This document shows positions 1 through 9,573 of a DNA stretch of 24,128 nt, piece after piece. Position numbers and translations under genes: made by a program. Source of the DNA: an uncultured bacterium (GTDB lineage: Bacteria; JAJVIF01; JAPKYR01); the NCBI GenBank assembly GCA_965369865.1, contig CBDURU010000049.1, forward strand, positions 1-24,128, in the 5' to 3' direction. The first letter of the stretch is position 1. Each line of letters begins with the position of its first letter. A model generated the notes under the pieces. The model searched no databases, had not been told where the DNA came from, and was given only the letters and a program-made list of their open reading frames with translations.

Positions 1-120
1 GTGATTGGCTTTGTATAGGTGACTGGCTTTGTTTAGGTGATTGGCTTTGTATAGGTGACTGGCTTTGTTTAGGTGATTGGCTTTGTATAGGGGACTGCCC
101 TTGTACAGGGGACTGGCTCA
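1..120. repeat. 18-bp tandem repeat, truncated by the window start
   Basis: Units GTGATTGGCTTTGTATAG and GTGACTGGCTTTGTTTAG alternate over 1-90, followed by diverged units GGGACTGCCCTTGTACAG (91-108) and GGGACTGGCTCA. Confidence 0.95.
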
Positions 121-189
121 CAAATTTGCCGCTAATACAAGAGTCCCAATTTCCTCTTATCTACTCGGCAAATTTGAGTGCCTGTCCCC
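108..189. repeat. REP-like inverted repeat pair (GGGGAC...GTCCCC type)
   Basis: GGGGACTGGCTCACAAATTTGCCG (108-131) and CGGCAAATTTGAGTGCCTGTCCCC (166-189) are reverse complements at 21 of 24 positions. Confidence 0.8.
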
Positions 190-204
190 GGTGCTTAATC
201 TTCC

Positions 205-561
205 CTACTTCACCCACACCCCATGCTTTCCCTTAACACGATTCTCCCACAGCTTGTTGATTCTCTCGAAACGGCTTTCAATGGGACCGCGCCCGAATAC
301 GATAGTGAAAAAAGTCTTCGTGATGTCCCACATATTTGCCCACCCGATCTTGAACCCGAGCCAGACCCATCCGGCGACGATCAGGAACAGGATCAGCCCG
401 AAAAATCCAAGGATGCCCACAATAATAAACGGTATCAGCGATATGAGCCCGACAATTATCGCTACACCGATCAGGATACCGATCGCAGTACCGAGCCAGC
501 CGTCGATACTGAATCGTCTCGGCGCTTTCCCGGGTAACTGGCTTCTGTATTCGAATTTCAT
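205..561 (-). CDS. hypothetical membrane protein
   Basis: 118-aa ORF with a long hydrophobic segment (about 2 TM helices); AAGGAG upstream of the ATG. Confidence 0.8.
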   Translation of the reverse strand: MKFEYRSQLPGKAPRRFSIDGWLGTAIGILIGVAIIVGLISLIPFIIVGILGFFGLILFLIVAGWVWLGFKIGWANMWDITKTFFTIVFGRGPIESRFERINKLWENRVKGKHGVWVK

Positions 562-589
562 ATCAATATAACTCCTTCATAATCATACA

Positions 590-1951
590 CTAATTTTGAT
601 CGACCGGCGTGCCTTCGATATCCAGGACAACAATCGAACCGTCCTCAAGCGCAAGACACGCACGTTGAAAATCAGGGGTGAATTGGAGATCGGTAGAGAT
701 TGTTTCTGGGAGGTCAATCACTTCAATCTCGTCCCCGCCGTACAGGATTGCTTTTTGAAATAACATAATAAAATGAGAGCTGTCATGGTCGGTGAATAAA
801 CTCCTGATACTAAGGACGTCACGATATTCAACTGCATCTCCTTGAGACCCAAGTGTTGGCCATATCTCCCAGTTATCACCATAATCCTGAAGATTGTCAT
901 GCCAAATTTCTAATTCACCAGTCTGGTATTTTAAAAGGTAATGGGTTGATGTGAATACAACTGTATCGCCATCGGATGCGCATCTCCAATTGCTGTACCA
1001 GGGTGAGAATATCTCGCGGAGATCAAGGTCGAGATCGCGATTAAAATCAATGTCGATTGGTTTTTCATCACCCATCTCAAGAATGATGAGGTTGCTAAAA
1101 TCACCTTCTGGTCCAGAATCAAATTTAAATCCAATTATTTTTTCAGATGTATCTACGATTCGTAGCATCAGCCCACCGTCCCAGCCAGTGTTCCATAATG
1201 TCAAATCTGAATAGCCTTCATCATCCCTGACTGAGTAATAAGGACCTGCTGACAAATCTATCCAATAGAACTTCTGATCATCTGTCATTTGAAGATCGAC
1301 ATTTGCTTGACCAAAGATATTAAACTGGAGAATGACATTGCCATCACTATTCAATTTATACAGGCTAATATTGTCAGCATCGGTTTTATCCATGAAATAG
1401 TAATCGTCACCATCAAAGAAAGGGCCAGGGTATGCTACTCCAGAAGGAAAATTAAGATTGTCATCATGCCAGTAAATTCCCCCATCCTTGTCCATACAAG
1501 CAAGGTTGTAAGACTCAGAACTTCCGGATTGAAAATCCCTGCTGACAACTAATAATTCGTTATGGTTATGAGGAATCAGTTTCCAGGTTATTAAAGACTC
1601 CATAAAGTCTGCAATCTGCTTCACAGAACCTGTATCAATATCACAAATGAAAATTTTTCCAAACGCAGTAATACATGCGATTTCATTTGGCGTAAGAAAT
1701 GTAAGATCGGTGATTCTTTCGTCTGCAACATGAATGGTTGAATGAACTGATATTCCCTCCAACTCAATCGGCATGCAGTTACCCCTGACACGCATATCCA
1801 TCCAGTCAATCGACACTTCCTCGTATTCACCGAATTCCTTTACTTCTTTTTTTGCACATGAAAAGCTCATCAGAATGCTGATGAGTAGAATGAAGAATCC
1901 AATCTGTAGAAGAATACGGCTCACACATCTCCTCCAGTTAATTTTTCCCAA
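590..1951 (-). CDS. putative lipoprotein, possibly a beta-propeller
   Basis: 453-aa ORF with basic N-terminus, hydrophobic stretch and lipobox-like SFSC; acidic, beta-rich body. The fold is inference and the TTG start is uncertain. Confidence 0.75.
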   Translation of the reverse strand: MGKINWRRCVSRILLQIGFFILLISILMSFSCAKKEVKEFGEYEEVSIDWMDMRVRGNCMPIELEGISVHSTIHVADERITDLTFLTPNEIACITAFGKIFICDIDTGSVKQIADFMESLITWKLIPHNHNELLVVSRDFQSGSSESYNLACMDKDGGIYWHDDNLNFPSGVAYPGPFFDGDDYYFMDKTDADNISLYKLNSDGNVILQFNIFGQANVDLQMTDDQKFYWIDLSAGPYYSVRDDEGYSDLTLWNTGWDGGLMLRIVDTSEKIIGFKFDSGPEGDFSNLIILEMGDEKPIDIDFNRDLDLDLREIFSPWYSNWRCASDGDTVVFTSTHYLLKYQTGELEIWHDNLQDYGDNWEIWPTLGSQGDAVEYRDVLSIRSLFTDHDSSHFIMLFQKAILYGGDEIEVIDLPETISTDLQFTPDFQRACLALEDGSIVVLDIEGTPVDQN

Positions 1952-1996
1952 CTCTACACAATTTGTTCAGCTCGAAGGTTATTATGCATCTGGATA

Positions 1997-3163
1997 CTAA
2001 GAAATAATTTCCGTCCCTTGATTCAATACACCGATGTAACTTGTATAACTGTAAACGCGATTTCTCTTCTGGCCGGTTATTTCACCAATAATACCAAGTT
2101 GCTCTAATTCTCTAATACATGAATTCACAGTGGCTCTAGATAATTGTGTCTTGAGGGCTAACTGAACTCCGGTCGAAATCGGGTGCTCAAAGAATGCCCG
2201 ATGAACTCTGGACACTGAGCTTGCCTTACGGCCCAGCGAATTGATACGTTCATTATCCTCTGTAGCCAATTTCATAAGTTGGTCAGATGTCTCAACGGTT
2301 TGAGAAGCTGTTTCGGCAACAGCATCAAAAAAGAACTCCAGCCAGCTTTCCCAGTCCCCTGTCTGACGCACATTATCCAACAAGTCGTAGTAACGCTGAC
2401 GGTGAGTTTTAAAATACAGGCTGAGATAGAGCAAGGGCTCCTTTAATACTCCTTTCGAACAGAGCAGTAGTGTGATTAGTAACCGTCCCATGCGCCCATT
2501 ACCGTCAAGGAAAGGATGGATGGTCTCAAACTGCACGTGTGACAGACCTGCTTTGACCAGAACCGTGGTGCTTTCAGGTTTATCATGAAGGAAGAGCTCA
2601 AGCTTTCCCAGGCAATCTCTCAAGTGCTCCACGGATGGAGGAACGAAATGGGCATTTCCTGGTCTGGTTCCACCAATCCAGTTTTGGCTGCGTCGAAATT
2701 TCCCCGGCTCCTGGTCACTACCCCGACCCTTTGATAGCAGAATTTTATGGACTTCCCTTATGAGCCGTAATGAGATTGGGAAACCTCCTGCCAATCGTTT
2801 GAGCCCATGAAATAATGCTTTTACGTAATTACTGACTGCTTGTACATCGTCAATGGGAACGCCGGGTTCCAGGTCGAGTTCGACCAGTAGAAGGTCTGAT
2901 AGGGATGACTGTGTTCCTTCGATCTGCGATGATAATACTGCTTCCTTGCGGACAAACATATATAAAAACAGGACAGTATCGGGTAACAACCTGGTAACAC
3001 TGTCCAGCCGTCCCAACGCCAGGAGTGCTTTTTCGTGTTTATCATGGAGGACTGGAGTCCAGTCAATTGGTGGTTTTGGTGGCAGAGGTGCTGGTACATA
3101 GGCACGGGCCTTTTCCCCAACAGTCGAAATACTCACATATTTGCCTTATAGCTTCCTCTTCAT
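1997..3163 (-). CDS. Fic family protein (AMPylase motif, C-terminal HTH) with an in-frame TAA at codon 6; possible pseudogene or restart at GTG 3136
   Basis: HPFLDGNGRMGR Fic motif, SSQIEG inhibitory-type motif, and HTH-like QLSRATVNSCIRELEQLGII. The frame reads ATG(3163) MKRKL*GKYVSISTVGEK. Confidence 0.9.
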
Positions 3164-3367
3164 CTGTCTGGTTAGATTATTACTGATGCGACTATTTTAA
3201 ATCTTAAATTATAGAAATTCTTATTTTAACGAACAGCGATATCTTAAAATAACGGATTTCTGATGGAAAATCAAATCTTGAATATTAAATATTGAATTAG
3301 CGAAGAATTACCAAATTAACCATACTTGAGAAAATAATAATCCTGGTGGATTTTCATTTGCGAAGGC

Positions 3368-3723
3368 TGGTGGAGGCGGCGGGAGTTGAACCCGCGTCCG
3401 ATATCGCCCCGGGGCCGCCGTCTACGAGTGTAGTCTTCCGATTTAATCTCGCCGATCAGTCTACCGAAGACCGTATCCTGACCAGCCAGCCCACGTCAGT
3501 CTTTCGCCACAACCAGCGGGCACGATTGTGGCGGCAGCCGTTAGAAGGTTATGCCCCCTTCGGGGCTAGCGGCAAACCCCTCGGAGACAGGACGCTTAAT
3601 TAAGCGGCCATTGCTAAATTTGTGTTGCCAATTGTTTGGCGTTTCCACCGTTTAACGGGATTCGTGGGATCCCGACTCGCGAATGACCTTTCAAGCGATA
3701 CCGTCGAAACCCGGTACGCCCCC
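3368..3723 (-). ncRNA. ssrA: tmRNA
   Basis: 5' GGGGGCGUACCGGGUUUCGACGG and 3' GGACGCGGGUUCAACUCCCGCCGCCUCCACCA form an Ala-type acceptor stem with G3-U. The internal tag frame GNTNLAMAA-stop lies at 3629-3600. Confidence 0.97.
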
Positions 3724-4085
3724 ATGTTGTCAATGTTCATCGCTTTCCCCGTTAAAAATTACCACATATATGACTGTTCCGGTAGATGAAAGTTCCGGAA
3801 TTTTTTAATAATTCTCCCGTAAATCCTTTAAATACTCATTTTGATACGTTAATCCCGGCAATCCGATCGAGGCGGGCATACTGATTCTTACTGCGCTACG
3901 GCGAGTCAGATTATCGCCGTTATGTTGTATGAATGGCCGGATGAGTTAGTAGAAGGGCTTGAGATAACGGAGAAGTTTGGCGATTTGTTAAAGGGAAAGG
4001 TCGGTGGGTGAGGTTAGTATAATCACTATTAAAACTTGAAACCTTGCGCAGGATTCCCCATCATATGGTTGAGGTAGCAAAACCT

Positions 4086-6464
4086 ATGACAAAAAAGAGG
4101 ATCCATCATCCAGGTGTTATCGCACTCCTGTTCATAATTCCACTAGCCCTGATTGCAGCAGTTTATATTTTCTCCCAGCCAAAGACGGTTGTTAAGCCTG
4201 AATTTCCCACGCTGGACTTTCGTGAATCCACAGCCCCGGGAATCATATATAAGCCAGAGCCGGAGCTTACCGTGAGTGGAGTTCATGTGGAAACACCTGA
4301 TGATCCAGAGTATATAAAATCACATCTATCATTCCGGAACGATGGGAGAATCTTGCTCGCGACTGTATATGGTTGCATTATTTTTGAACAGGACGGCACA
4401 GAGATAGAAAGATATCAATTGGCTGAGGTTCCTGATGAGATGTTTGAAGAAGAAGGGATCGATCCATCGGATGGAAGGCAATTAATGCATCCGGCATATT
4501 TGGAAACGATCCACGGAACGCGCAACGGGGATGTCTGGGCTTTATTTCAATTACCCTGCGACAATGATTTAGTTGAATCCGAAGGGTATTCCGTATATGA
4601 GAATTACATGCCAGTGATTGCAGTTTGGAATGAATCCGGGGAACTGGAATCAGTTATTGACCTGGAACCGGATTTTTTTCCATTCGCTTTTTTATGTAGC
4701 AAGTATGGGCCCAATTGGTCGGTTGGTAGTTACCGGGATACTGTCATTGTTGCATTGAATGAAGGAGCTTTTAAGCTATTCCGGCCCGGCAATGAATCCG
4801 AAGTAATGCAGTTTGAGAGGCTGCGTACTTGGTTTAAAATGTACGGTGTTATTTTATGGGAAGATTGTATCATGGTGCGGGGATCCGATAGTGGCCGATA
4901 TAACTTAGATGGGACATTCGACTGGGATTATCTCCGTAACAGGTCACGGATTTCGCAGCGAGTACCAACCGGAGACAATACAATCTGGGGTTCAAACGAC
5001 CTGGTTGGGTATTACTGGTATTCGCTTGACGGTGACGAGTACATGGTTACGTACAACGGATTGTGCAAAATCTCCGATTCCGGTCAGGTGCAGGAAATCA
5101 TTGCTACAAGAGAGACCATCCACACAATTTTCAATCAAACACCATTTAATTCATATACTAGGCAACACTCGTTTACATTATCAAGTTTAGATGATGGCTG
5201 GCTGCTTCTGCCATATTCTCCCTTCGAAATTTGGACAGAGAGTAGTTACGCCTGGACAATCGGTGCGATTCAAACCGATATTGATTTGAATCCAATAGAA
5301 ACAATCGAATTTCTAACGGATCAATCTGAAAATCTATTGGAAAATAAAGGTGAAGAATGTCCAATTTATGAAGTTGGCGATACTATCGACCTTCGATATA
5401 TTTATACAGATTTCCAACTTGTTCCGGGAGGTTACCAGTATATTGACCATACATTACGCAGGTTTATTACCATTAATGAAAACTTTGAGGTAATTGATGT
5501 CCTGGACCGGTCTGAAGAAATCCCGAACGGCCGTTGGCAGGATATAGATCAGTGCAGAATCGACTCACGTGGTTATTATTATCTATTCGATTTCGATGAA
5601 AAACTGATCCAGGTTCTGGACCCGGATGGCAATTACGTTCGGAAATTCGAGCGGCTGGGTGAAGTGATTTTAGGTTACCCTGAATTCTTCAAACTTATTG
5701 AAATCGATACCCTTGACCGCTTGTGGGTTATTAACGATAACAGGATATTCGTTATTGATAGGGACGGTAATCTTGTTCGATACTTCAGGACTTTAAATGC
5801 GCGCCAGCAACGATCAACACAGTTGGAAGGGATATCAAACCTGCCTACCGAAAATCAACCCGTAGGCTATACGATCCTGCCAGCACAATCGGGATATACC
5901 GGTGGCTTTGATCCCCAGACTCCAATCGAACTTGATATCAGCGGTATGAGCTGGCTGGGTCTTGCCGGCGGCAGCCTGCCTGTGGGCTATTTCTACGCTA
6001 TGGATCAGTCATCGCGTGAGATTGTCCTGTTTGACTGGCTTGGCAGGGAGCACGCAAGTTTCAATCCTCGCGATTTTGTTTCAGGCTGGCGAAGCTTGCT
6101 GATTATTGGTCCCGATGGATTCCCAATGGTGATCGATCCTGTTGAAGGGCAAATTACAGTCCTTGATCCTTACGGGGAAGAAACGGGAGTAATCGTTAGT
6201 GATGGCATGCCTATACCTGGCTACGGATTTACAAATGTGAACATGGACAGGTCGAAATTGACATACTCAGCCAGTTTGGTATTTACCGATGCACAGAATC
6301 GCCTGGTCCTGGCTGGGAACGATCCGCGTGAAATTCGTATTTTCCCTCTCATGGTAGGAGATATGCTGGAATTGCTGCCCCCTGAAGAATATACAACCGT
6401 AGAAGTTATCGAGCCGGAACAAACTGATGAACCCCTTGATGTTGTCATCGAAGTCCTTGAATAG
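4086..6464 (+). CDS. membrane-anchored NHL-like / beta-propeller repeat protein
   Basis: N-terminal TM segment and NHL-like blades such as IDSRGYYYLFDFDEKLIQVLDPDGNYVRKF and IDTLDRLWVINDNRIFVIDRDGNLVRYF. ATG 4086 follows GAGGT and is preferred over the TTG at 4044. Confidence 0.8.
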   Translation: MTKKRIHHPGVIALLFIIPLALIAAVYIFSQPKTVVKPEFPTLDFRESTAPGIIYKPEPELTVSGVHVETPDDPEYIKSHLSFRNDGRILLATVYGCIIFEQDGTEIERYQLAEVPDEMFEEEGIDPSDGRQLMHPAYLETIHGTRNGDVWALFQLPCDNDLVESEGYSVYENYMPVIAVWNESGELESVIDLEPDFFPFAFLCSKYGPNWSVGSYRDTVIVALNEGAFKLFRPGNESEVMQFERLRTWFKMYGVILWEDCIMVRGSDSGRYNLDGTFDWDYLRNRSRISQRVPTGDNTIWGSNDLVGYYWYSLDGDEYMVTYNGLCKISDSGQVQEIIATRETIHTIFNQTPFNSYTRQHSFTLSSLDDGWLLLPYSPFEIWTESSYAWTIGAIQTDIDLNPIETIEFLTDQSENLLENKGEECPIYEVGDTIDLRYIYTDFQLVPGGYQYIDHTLRRFITINENFEVIDVLDRSEEIPNGRWQDIDQCRIDSRGYYYLFDFDEKLIQVLDPDGNYVRKFERLGEVILGYPEFFKLIEIDTLDRLWVINDNRIFVIDRDGNLVRYFRTLNARQQRSTQLEGISNLPTENQPVGYTILPAQSGYTGGFDPQTPIELDISGMSWLGLAGGSLPVGYFYAMDQSSREIVLFDWLGREHASFNPRDFVSGWRSLLIIGPDGFPMVIDPVEGQITVLDPYGEETGVIVSDGMPIPGYGFTNVNMDRSKLTYSASLVFTDAQNRLVLAGNDPREIRIFPLMVGDMLELLPPEEYTTVEVIEPEQTDEPLDVVIEVLE

Positions 6465-6580
6465 CGAACCCGAATTAATCTTAAAATTACCCCCCTAATG
6501 AGTTGCCGGATCATAATGTGAGTGTACAATACCCATATCATTATGTGGGTTTCGTTTTAGATTGAACTAAAAAATCGTCC

Positions 6581-7948
6581 ATGAACCAGACCACGCAACA
6601 GCAGCCTTCGACATTCACTCCCGTACGGATTCTCGTCGGGAGCTTCCTCGGCATGATTCTTGTCGGGACCATCCTCCTCATGCTTCCGATCAGCAACGCC
6701 GACGGGTCCGGGATCGGTTTTCTCGACGCGCTTTTCACGTCAACAAGCGCGGTATGTGTGACCGGATTGATCGTTGTCGACACCGCTACCGAATGGTCGA
6801 GGTTCGGGCAGACCGTGATCCTCGTGCTTCTCCAGTTTGGCGGGATCGGGATCATCTCGTTCGGTGCGCTGTTCGCGCTTATGCTTGGACAGAAAATTAC
6901 GTTCCGCCAGAGGCAACTGATTTCAGAGCAGTACGGCAGGGGATCCGCGGTGAATGTCCTGACAATCATCCCGATTGTTGCGGCAACAACTCTCATTATC
7001 GAAATACTCGGGGCTGCGCTGCTTCTTCCGGTGTTTGTCCCCGAGTACGGGATCAATGAAGGGATCTGGCACAGCGTATTTCACGCGATATCCGCATTCT
7101 GCAACGCGGGATTTTCATCGTTCCCGGACAGCCTCCGGAATTACACCGGCAATACCTGGCTGAATTTTATAATCTGCGCGTTGATTGTTGTCGGTGGACT
7201 TGGATTCCCGGTAATCGCCGAACTCACAAGCCGGAAATATTCCCGCAAACGCATGAGCCTTCATTTGAGAGTGGTGCTGTGGTCGAGCGGGGTTCTTATC
7301 GTGATTGGCGCGATTGTTTTTTTCACGATAGAAACAGGATACGATGCGGGTTTCCGCGACCTGCCCTTACATTCAAAGTTCCTTTCATCCATTTTTCAAT
7401 CTATCACAGCACGCACCGCCGGATTCAACACGCTTGAAATCGGCGCCCTCGCACCCGCGACAATTTTCGGGCTCCAGTTTCTTATGATCATCGGCGGAAG
7501 CCCGTCGGGGACAGCGGGCGGTATCAAGACGACAACATTCGTGGCAAGCATTGCGGCTGTGCGGTCGGTACTGACCGGCCGTTCCGACACACAGCTTTTC
7601 GACCGTCGACTTCGGAGCGAAACCGCGCGCCGGGCGCTGGTTCTGACCGCGCTTGCGGGTTTAATAATCGCGGTCGGGATGTTATTCATGCTGCTGACCG
7701 ACACATCTCATACCCAGCCCGGACATCAAACGAATTACCTTGCCCTTGGATTCGAAACGGTAAGCGCGTTCGGTACTGTCGGGCTGACAACGGGGATTAC
7801 GTCCGACCTCGCGGTGGGCCAGCGAATAGTGGTTATTTTCCTGATGTTCCTGGGACGTCTCGGCCCGATGACATTCGCGCTCGCGTTATCGGCGAGAAAA
7901 CCCACCGAACACGTACAATATCCTGAATCGGATTTATTAACCGGGTAG
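6581..7948 (+). CDS. ktrB: KtrB/TrkH family potassium uptake permease
   Basis: Four pore-loop motifs (SAVCVTGL, SAFCNAGF, TARTAGF, SAFGTVGL) plus GGGIKTTT-like TAGGIKTTT and FLGRLGP. Confidence 0.93.
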   Translation: MNQTTQQQPSTFTPVRILVGSFLGMILVGTILLMLPISNADGSGIGFLDALFTSTSAVCVTGLIVVDTATEWSRFGQTVILVLLQFGGIGIISFGALFALMLGQKITFRQRQLISEQYGRGSAVNVLTIIPIVAATTLIIEILGAALLLPVFVPEYGINEGIWHSVFHAISAFCNAGFSSFPDSLRNYTGNTWLNFIICALIVVGGLGFPVIAELTSRKYSRKRMSLHLRVVLWSSGVLIVIGAIVFFTIETGYDAGFRDLPLHSKFLSSIFQSITARTAGFNTLEIGALAPATIFGLQFLMIIGGSPSGTAGGIKTTTFVASIAAVRSVLTGRSDTQLFDRRLRSETARRALVLTALAGLIIAVGMLFMLLTDTSHTQPGHQTNYLALGFETVSAFGTVGLTTGITSDLAVGQRIVVIFLMFLGRLGPMTFALALSARKPTEHVQYPESDLLTG

Positions 7949-7979
7949 AAAAAAGGTAGAATACGGGCAGGAAACAATC

Positions 7980-8636
7980 ATGTCTACTTTAAAAGAATTC
8001 TGCATAATCGGGCTGGGGGCGTTCGGAAGCGCACTCGGCAAAGATCTGTTCGAGAAAGGATCCGTCGTGCTCGGGATCGACATCAACGAAAAACTGGTGA
8101 ACGAGCACCAGGACCACTTCAGCCAGGTTCTCGCTGCCGACGCCACAAATGAATCCGCAATGCGGTCCGCGGGGATTGCCGATTACGATATTTGTATCGT
8201 CGCGATCGGGGATCGTATAGAGGACAACATCCTCGCAACACAGACAGCGATAGATATCGGGGTGAAAAGGGTCTGGAGCCGCGCGGAGACAGCACGTCAC
8301 GCGAAGATTCTCGAGAAGCTCGGGGTTGAGAAAGTGGTCGATCCGGAACTCGAGATGGCTCACAGGTGTTCGAAAATTCTCGGGTCGCGGAGCGTGCTGG
8401 ATATCATCGAATTTTCACCGGGATTCTCACTTATCGAGGTAATTGTCGGGTCGACTCATGCCGGAAAATCACTTAAGGAAATTAATTTCAGGCAAAAGTA
8501 CAACGCGTCGGTGATCGCGATTCGGAGGCAGGACCGTAGCATCCCGATCGCGAGTCCGGATGATGTGATACTCGAAGGGGACGTATTGTTTATCGCGGGA
8601 AAAACGGAGGATGTAGAGAAGATCGAGAGGATATAG
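7980..8636 (+). CDS. ktrA: KtrA/TrkA family RCK regulatory subunit
   Basis: IIGLGAFG Rossmann motif, VVDPELEMA and a C-terminal TrkA_C-like domain; directly follows the permease gene. Confidence 0.93.
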   Translation: MSTLKEFCIIGLGAFGSALGKDLFEKGSVVLGIDINEKLVNEHQDHFSQVLAADATNESAMRSAGIADYDICIVAIGDRIEDNILATQTAIDIGVKRVWSRAETARHAKILEKLGVEKVVDPELEMAHRCSKILGSRSVLDIIEFSPGFSLIEVIVGSTHAGKSLKEINFRQKYNASVIAIRRQDRSIPIASPDDVILEGDVLFIAGKTEDVEKIERI

Positions 8637-8882
8637 GAACCATGGCGTGAATGTCATTCCCTATTAAGCCACACTGTTCCGAAAGTGCTGGCCGTCATAT
8701 AATTCAACCGCTATGAAGTTGAGCCACGAACACAGCAGTACAGCCATGATCAGGGTCATGCAGATTCCGTAAATTGCCCCTATTAATAGAGTTTGTTGCC
8801 AAATAAATGGATCTCTCATCTCGACAAGTAACACGAACCCATAAGTGCATGGTATTATATAGGAGTTTTAAGAGGGTGACCG

Positions 8883-9179
8883 ATGCTTGCACTTGAAAAC
8901 ATAATCGAAACCATTAAACAAAACCGCGATGAAATCAAGAGTTTCGGAGTGACCAAGCTCGGTGTTTTTGGTTCAGTGGTTCGGACAGAAAACACCGACG
9001 AAAGTGATATTGATTTCCTGGTGCAATTTGAGAAAGAAACCTTCCGTAGTTTTATGGGACTTTGTTTCTTCCTCGAGGATCTTTTCCAGAGAGAAATAGA
9101 CCTGGTTATAGAAGGTTCAATTAAGGATCGGCTCAGGGACAGGATTCTCAGGGAGGTTAAATATGTCGGAGGATTTTAA
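8883..9179 (+). CDS. minimal nucleotidyltransferase (MNT antitoxin-like)
   Basis: 98 aa with VFGSVVR...SDIDFLV and EIDLV motifs; GAGG upstream. Confidence 0.92.
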   Translation: MLALENIIETIKQNRDEIKSFGVTKLGVFGSVVRTENTDESDIDFLVQFEKETFRSFMGLCFFLEDLFQREIDLVIEGSIKDRLRDRILREVKYVGGF

Positions 9180-9249
9180 AGACTATCTATTCGACATGCT
9201 TGGCCGCTCTGACAGGATATTGGCTAACACAGGAGCTTCCCGCACTTAA
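9163..9249 (+). pseudogene. truncated HEPN/DUF86-like toxin remnant
   Basis: ATG 9163 overlaps the MNT 3' end after GGAGG and reads MSEDFKDYLFDMLGRSDRILANTGASRT*. This resembles the DUF86 N-terminal helix; no RxxxxH motif follows. Confidence 0.7.
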
Positions 9250-9325
9250 GATGCACCTCACCATAATTATCTCTGAATTCGATGACATTAACAGTCCCTG
9301 AAGGAAATTTATTATTGGTTAAACG

Positions 9326-9360
9326 AAAAACTCCCCAATGAACAGGGAGTTTATTTTTTT
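9326..9360. terminator. probable bidirectional intrinsic terminator
   Basis: AAACTCCC-N9-GGGAGTTT with A/T tracts on both sides, immediately 3' of the tRNA. Confidence 0.75.
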
Positions 9361-9362
9361 CC

Positions 9363-9438
9363 TGGTGGAGCTGAGGGGAATCGAACCCCTGACCTCGACA
9401 TTGCGAACGTCGCGCTCTCCCAACTGAGCTACAGCCCC
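9363..9438 (-). tRNA. tRNA-Ala(CGC)
   Basis: GGGGCUGUAGCUCAGUUGGGAGAGCG-CGACG-UUCGCAA-UGUCG-AGGUCAGGGGUUCGAUUCCCCUCAGCUCCACCA; 76 nt, G3-U70, encoded CCA. Confidence 0.98.
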
Positions 9439-9573
9439 ACGGCCAATTTCGCCCAATAAATGGCGGCACAGTAATATACTCGCCAGAATGGGATTCGTCA
9501 AGAACTGTTTGCATCGTCGACAAGCACGTTCGACCCGGAAGTATTTTTAAGATTGGGAGATTAGAAAATGACA

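Noticed and set aside
77..571. Plus-strand ORFs 77-571 and 223-537, and similar shadow ORFs opposite ktrB, aroKB and valS
   Set aside because: They are antisense or out-of-frame shadows of better-supported genes.
3342..3385. att-site duplication of the tmRNA 3' end
   Set aside because: Only an 8-bp CTGGTGGA match is present, and there is no integrase in the window.
3346..3603. 85-aa ORF
   Set aside because: It is antisense to tmRNA.
3853..4011. Open frame ending ...MLYEWPDELVEGLEITEKFGDLLKGKVGG*
   Set aside because: It looks like a gene C-terminal remnant, but it has no supported start and I cannot assign a family.
6465..6580. c-di-AMP (ydaO) riboswitch upstream of ktrB
   Set aside because: The region is too short and lacks the ydaO motifs.
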